Positions 54,901-60,900 of a stretch of 64,000 nucleotides of DNA are shown here, in pieces (the stretch's first letter is position 1; each line of letters opens with the position of its first letter). The stretch is from Leucoraja erinacea (lineage: Eukaryota): NCBI RefSeq assembly GCF_028641065.1, contig NC_073381.1:57350001-57414000 (forward strand). The letters are read 5' to 3'. The notes under the pieces were generated by a model. That model saw only the letters and a list, made by a program, of their open reading frames with translations. It was not told where the DNA came from and did no database searches. Both the position numbers and the translations under genes were made by a program.

Positions 54901-57900
54901 CCTATCTATGTCGCTCATAATTTTATATACTGAAGTCTCTCCTCCGCCTCTGTTGCTCCAGAGAAAACAATCCAAGTTCGTCCAACTTCTCTTTACAGCT
55001 AATACCATCTAATCCAGGCAGCATTCTGGTAAACCTCTTCTGCATGCTCTCCAAACCATCCACATCCTGTCTGTAATGGGGCAACTAGAGCCACACACAA
55101 TCCTCCAAATGTTGCTCAACCAAAGTTGCACAGGTGCAACATGACATCCTGATTGTTGTACTCAAAGCTGCCACTGACGAAGGCAAACATACCATATGCA
55201 TTATTTTTATTTTTCTCCACTCCCTTTTACTTCATCATTAACATTTTCAACGAGATTTAAACCCATTGCACTTTTTTCATATGAATGCTGATTTTGGGGC
55301 TGAGATTAGTTGAACCCGGTCCATTGACCCACAGGCAAGTTTGATTATAGAGATAAAGTGATTACATAATAAGTCTAGTTGTTAGTATCACCAGCATTAT
55401 AGCACTTTTGTCACCATATTAATTGGGTTATAAAACAAATTACGTTTTCATTTAAAAGCTTTAGTTTCGAGTCTCATCTCACACATGAACAATTCCTGCA
55501 TTATTAATACACTGACCTGGCCAGCTGATATATGTATATATAGTGAAAGTTATTTGTGATTCCTGTCTATCTGCAAATATATTTATTGTATGTGGACGTA
55601 AGAGTTGGCAGTGATTGGGCAATGTATCAGTAAGTTACATCGAGGTCTGAGTGACTTCACTTGACCTTTCTTTTTTATTTACTCTCCAAAGATCAATTAT
55701 TGAGTGGATGGCACCAGTAGCAATTTTCTTTTCCATTGCCGCTTCATTTAATACAATATTATTAATACAATACAGCATGTGCATTGTTCTATGGATTTAT
55801 TGTTTTATGGCGGGCGAATAAGCAAACCACACGTGGTGAATCAAAGAGATCTTTATTGTCAAAGTAAAGAGAACAACACACATGCAAATGGGGGAAGGTT
55901 GACCTGGTTTCATTATATATACTGGGGCACACCCCTATACCTCGTGACAACTCCTTCCCGCCATTACTCAGTCATGTGACCCTACCCCCGACTGCCGAGG
56001 GTTCGCATAGTAAGTGGCCTAACCACCAGGTGGTGCCACAGTTTAGTTCATATTTATGTGCAATTGTATTATGATTAACTTTGAACACAATGCAATATTT
56101 GTTTTAATGTTTAGAGACCAAAACCATGAAGCAAAATAAACCAAAACCTACAACAAAAGGTAATGGGGCTTCACTTCATTACCTTGACTGTTATTACGAT
56201 ACACTAAAAAGTTGTTGATATCAATTGAAAGTTTCCTAGCTGAGCTCAACTTCAGTAGTCCACTTGTCCCTAAAGATTGGCACAAGGTAAATGAGTAGGA
56301 AGGGAGGCTAATGAATTGGCTGATTAGAGCTGCTGAGAATGTTTCTTAAGTCTCCAATTCATATGTTTCAAAATTTGTATTTAACTGTTCAAATTCTTTG
56401 TATATTGATTTAATAGTCATCTAGCACTGAAGCAGGCACTTTGGCCCTACTTTTCCATGTCCACCAAGATACATGCTGGTCCTGTTTGTGTCCGTCCCAT
56501 AACCCTCTAAACATTTCCAACCCATGTACCTGTCCAAGTGTCATTTAAATTGTGTTAATTTACCTGCCTTGACTACTTCCTCTGGTTGCTCACACCCTGG
56601 TCCCAACACTGTCGTTGTGGTAAAGATGCCCCTCAGGTTACAATTAAATATTTCCTCTTTCACCTTAAACATATTCTTGATTCCCCTGCCCTGGTGCTCC
56701 AAGCAATAAAGTCCTACCCTTTCCCTCTAGCTTAGGCACTCGCGTCCTGGCAACATTCTCATTGGTCTCCTCCGCACTTTTTCCAGCTTAATGGCATCTT
56801 TCTTGCAGCAGGGTGGCCAAAACTATGCAGAATTTTCCAAGTGTAGCTTCACCAATCTTGTACAACAACTTATACACCGTAACATAAAATTCCGACCTTT
56901 ATTCTCAATTCCATGACTGATGAAGGCTTGCAAGCCAAAAGCATTATTGAACACACTATCTACCTGCAATGCCACCTTAAGGAAACTATGTATTTGTATT
57001 GTTTAAGAGGGAACTGCAGATGCTGGAGAATCGAAGGTTACACAAAAAAGCTGGAGAAACTCAGCGGGTGCAGCAGCATCTATGGAGCGAAGGAAATAGG
57101 CAACGTTTCGGGCCGAAACCCTTCTTCAGACTGATCGGGGGCGGGGGTGGGTGGGGACCACACCAGGACATCTGAAATGTCCTCACTATTCAGGGAACGG
57201 GGGTTCCCCTCCTCCACCATAAATGAGGCTCGCACCAGGGTCTCTTCCATACCTCGCAACACTGCTCTCTCTCCCCATCCCCGCACTCGCAACAAGGGCC
57301 GAGTCCCCCTAGTCCTCACCTTTCACCCCACCAGCCGTCACATACAAAAAGTAATCCTCCGTCAGTTTCGCCACCTCCAACGTGACCCCACCACTCGCCA
57401 CATCTTCCCATCTCCCCCCATATCTGCCTTCCGCAAAGACCGCTCCCTCCATAACTCCCTTGTCAATTCTTCCCTTCCCTCTCGGTCCACCCCCTCCCCG
57501 GGCACTTTCCTTTGCAAACGCAAGAGATGCAACACTTGTCCCTTTCCCTCCACCCTCGACTCCTTTCAAGGACCCATGCAATCGTTCCAGGTGCGACAGA
57601 GGTTTACCTGCATCTCTTCCAACCTCATCTATTGCGTCCGCTGCTCTAGATGTCAGCAGATCTATATCGGTGAGACCAAGCGGAGGTTGGGCGATCGTTT
57701 CGCCGAACACCTCCGCTCGGTCCGCAATAACCAAGCTGACCTCTCGGTGGCTCAGCACTTCAACTCCCCCTCCCACTCCGTCTCCGACCTCTCTGTCCTG
57801 GGTCTCCTCCATGGCCACAGCGAGCAGCACCGGAAATTGGAGGAACAGCACCTCATATTCCGTTTGGGGAGTCTGCACCCCGGGGGCATGAACATCAAAT

Positions 57901-60900
57901 TCTCCCAATTTTGTTAGTCCTTGCTGTCTCCTCCCCCTTCCTCAGCCCCCCTGCTGTCTCCTCCCATCCCCCAGCCTTCGGGCTACTCCTCCTTTTCCCT
58001 TTCTTGTCCCCACCCACCCCCGCCCCCGATCAGTCTGAAGAAGGGTTTCGGCCCGAAACGTTGCCTATTTCCTTCGCTCCATAGATGCTGCTGCACCCGC
58101 TGAGTTTCTCCAGCTTTTTTGTGTAACCTATGTATTTGCATTGTTACACAGTGTTGCCATTCACTGTGAAGGTCAGGCCCTGGTTTGACTTTCCAAAATG
58201 CAACACCACACACTTATCTAAATTAAACTCCATTGGCTATTCCTTGCCCATTTTTCCAGTTGATTAAAACCCCAGTGTCATTCTTGATAGCCACCTTCAC
58301 TATCTACAATAGTGCTGATGAAGTTCAGCAGGTCAGGCAGTATGTGTCTGCAGTACCAACTATTTTGGAGGTGTCTGCAAACTTACTAATCATGGCTTGT
58401 ACACTCCCATCCAAATTGTTGATGTAGATGACAAACAGCTATGGGCCCAACAATGACACACCAGTGGCACACCAATCAGTCTCAAGCCTCCAGTCCCCCC
58501 AAAAACAACTTCCACCGCCACCCTCTGTTTCCTACCTTTAAGCCAATTCTGTATCCAGTTAGCTAGCTCTCCCTGGATCCCACGTGATTTTAACTTCCAG
58601 AGCAGCCTACTGTACGGAACCTTGCTAAGGGCCATATAAACAACATCTCCGGCCCTGCCCTCATCAACCTTCAGTGGCCTTTGCTCACCCACTGACACTT
58701 CAATCGCTTGCCCTGCCCAATTCCCTGCCAGCAAGACAAACGTTGCCCCTTCCCTTGCAGGGCCCTCTACACATCACCTTTGATTCCTGAGTACACTAAT
58801 AAATTCCACCCCATTTAAGCCAACCTACATAGGGAAAGTTAAAACTCTTGATCTACATCGGGAAAGTCGAAATCCCTTCCTATGACAGTATGTGTTTTTT
58901 TTCCTGCAGTAAAATATTTTGTTAAGTGATTGCAGTTCATAGATTCAATTTAGTTTATGGTAACTGTACTTTATGAATAAAATGCTCAGTGTCAGTAATC
59001 TGATCTTTCTGGCTGCTTCCTTGTGATATGAATCCAAGACTGCCTATTTATTTCACTGCTTCCATCCAAGCTGATTCAACATCAGGGTATTTAATTTAGT
59101 TTAGTTTAGAGTTACTGCACAGAAACAGGCCCTTAGGCCCACTGAGTCCGCACTGACTAGTGATACCCACACATTAACACTCACCTACACACACTATGGA
59201 CAATTTTACATTTATACCAAGCCAATTAATCTACAAATGATTATCATTTTCTATAAAGAAGGCCATCGGCTTTCGCTGTACTCCTCCAGAGTATTCACTG
59301 ATTGAGGAACTTTTGTCAAGTTTTATTTCCAGACATCTTTGGATGCAATTTTATTCACTTTTCCTCCAATTAAACATTACCTAACTACAACTTTTGCCAT
59401 AAGGGAAACTCCATTTTATTAACCTCCTGCAAGAGTCCTTGGATACTCCAGCTTTTTGTGTCTATTTTCATTAGATTGACTGGTGTTCAACAAATGATGC
59501 TCCTTCCCTGACTCCAAGAATCCCGCATGGACTGCTGATTAAATTGAATAGACGTTGGAAAGCTCTTTTTAAAAAATGATCACTGAGGCTGCCCTTCCTA
59601 TCCATTTAGAAATCTTTGACTATGGCTTAAGCTGCCATATATAATCTTTATTTATTTGAATGATAAGAGAAAATATGGCATTGAAGTTTAAAGTACTTCA
59701 TAATCTTTCTTTAAATTGATAGCAGTATCACTTAGAATAATCTCCACTGCTAAATTGGATTACCTATAAAAGCAGCATATGGATGCTACCATGATCTATG
59801 GAGCGAAGGAATTAGGCAACGTTTCGGCCCCAAACGTTGTCTATTTCCTTCGCTCCATAAAAGCTGCCGGACCCGTTGTGTTTCTCCAGCACTTTTGTCT
59901 ACCTTCGATTTTCCAGCATCTGCAGTTCCTTCATAAACATATGAATGCTACCAGCTGCCTATTCTGAGTTTTTTTTACTGAACATTTATTAAATCACAAT
60001 TGCACATATTCATAGAATGTGCTGTACTTGCATCTTATTTGAATTTATATACAATTAGTAGATGATTAATATTGGATTCAATTGTTTCTTCAATTGTTTA
60101 GAGACTGAAAAAATAAAGCAAGTGAAACCGAAATCTCGAGGAAAAGGTACCAATAAGTTAACTTATTTAACTATTTGCATTCTTCTAAGCTTACCATTGC
60201 CCTTCATCCCAGTGTGAAACATATTTTGGAAAAGTGAGGTTTCTCTTCATGCACCTAATGGGGAGGAAACTTGCTGAAAACAGTTTTTCCCCCTGAAGTA
60301 GCCTTTTCTTATCTCTATACTGTCCTCGAGTTGTTGTGCTGTTATTGGACCTGATTCAATTTTTTCATCAATTGTTTAGAGGCAGAAAAAATAAAGCAAG
60401 TGAAACCAAAACCTCAAGTAAAAGGTAACATAAAAGTTAAGTTAATTAGATATTGGCATGCTTCTAACATTACACTGCCATTCATTCCAGTGCTATACTG
60501 TATATGGACAAGTGAAATTTCCCTACTCAGAAAATGGAAAAAGCTGCTCACAGCTAATCAATTTTCTATCTTCACAGTATCTTCACACTGTTTTGCTATA
60601 GTATTTAAATACTTTGGGCACGTTAATTGGGGTGTTGATTCTCAATGAATATCATTGGAACTCTTTCTACTTCCAGGAGATAGGGATGCAAATCCAAGGT
60701 ATGATAAGATGTATGATAAAGGTGAGACTGAAAGAGACTGAATGACAGATGCAGCAGTGGTTATTCAGGTTGAGCATGAAGATAATGGGAGCAGAGTATG
60801 AACTGATCAAGAAAATTATCTTGATCCGAGCCTCTTCCCTCTCTTTTATATCCCAATCTAGTTTAAGATTGCTCAGTCATGCATACATGCCAAATACGTT

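Larger units (their letters stand above)
56420..58680 (-). mobile_element. Old CR1-family element interrupted by a Penelope-like insertion
   Basis: DVVYM..SKVPYSRL..K....GIQG....WIQNWL..RKQRV at 58390-58680; 3' part at 56420-56990. Confidence 0.7.
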
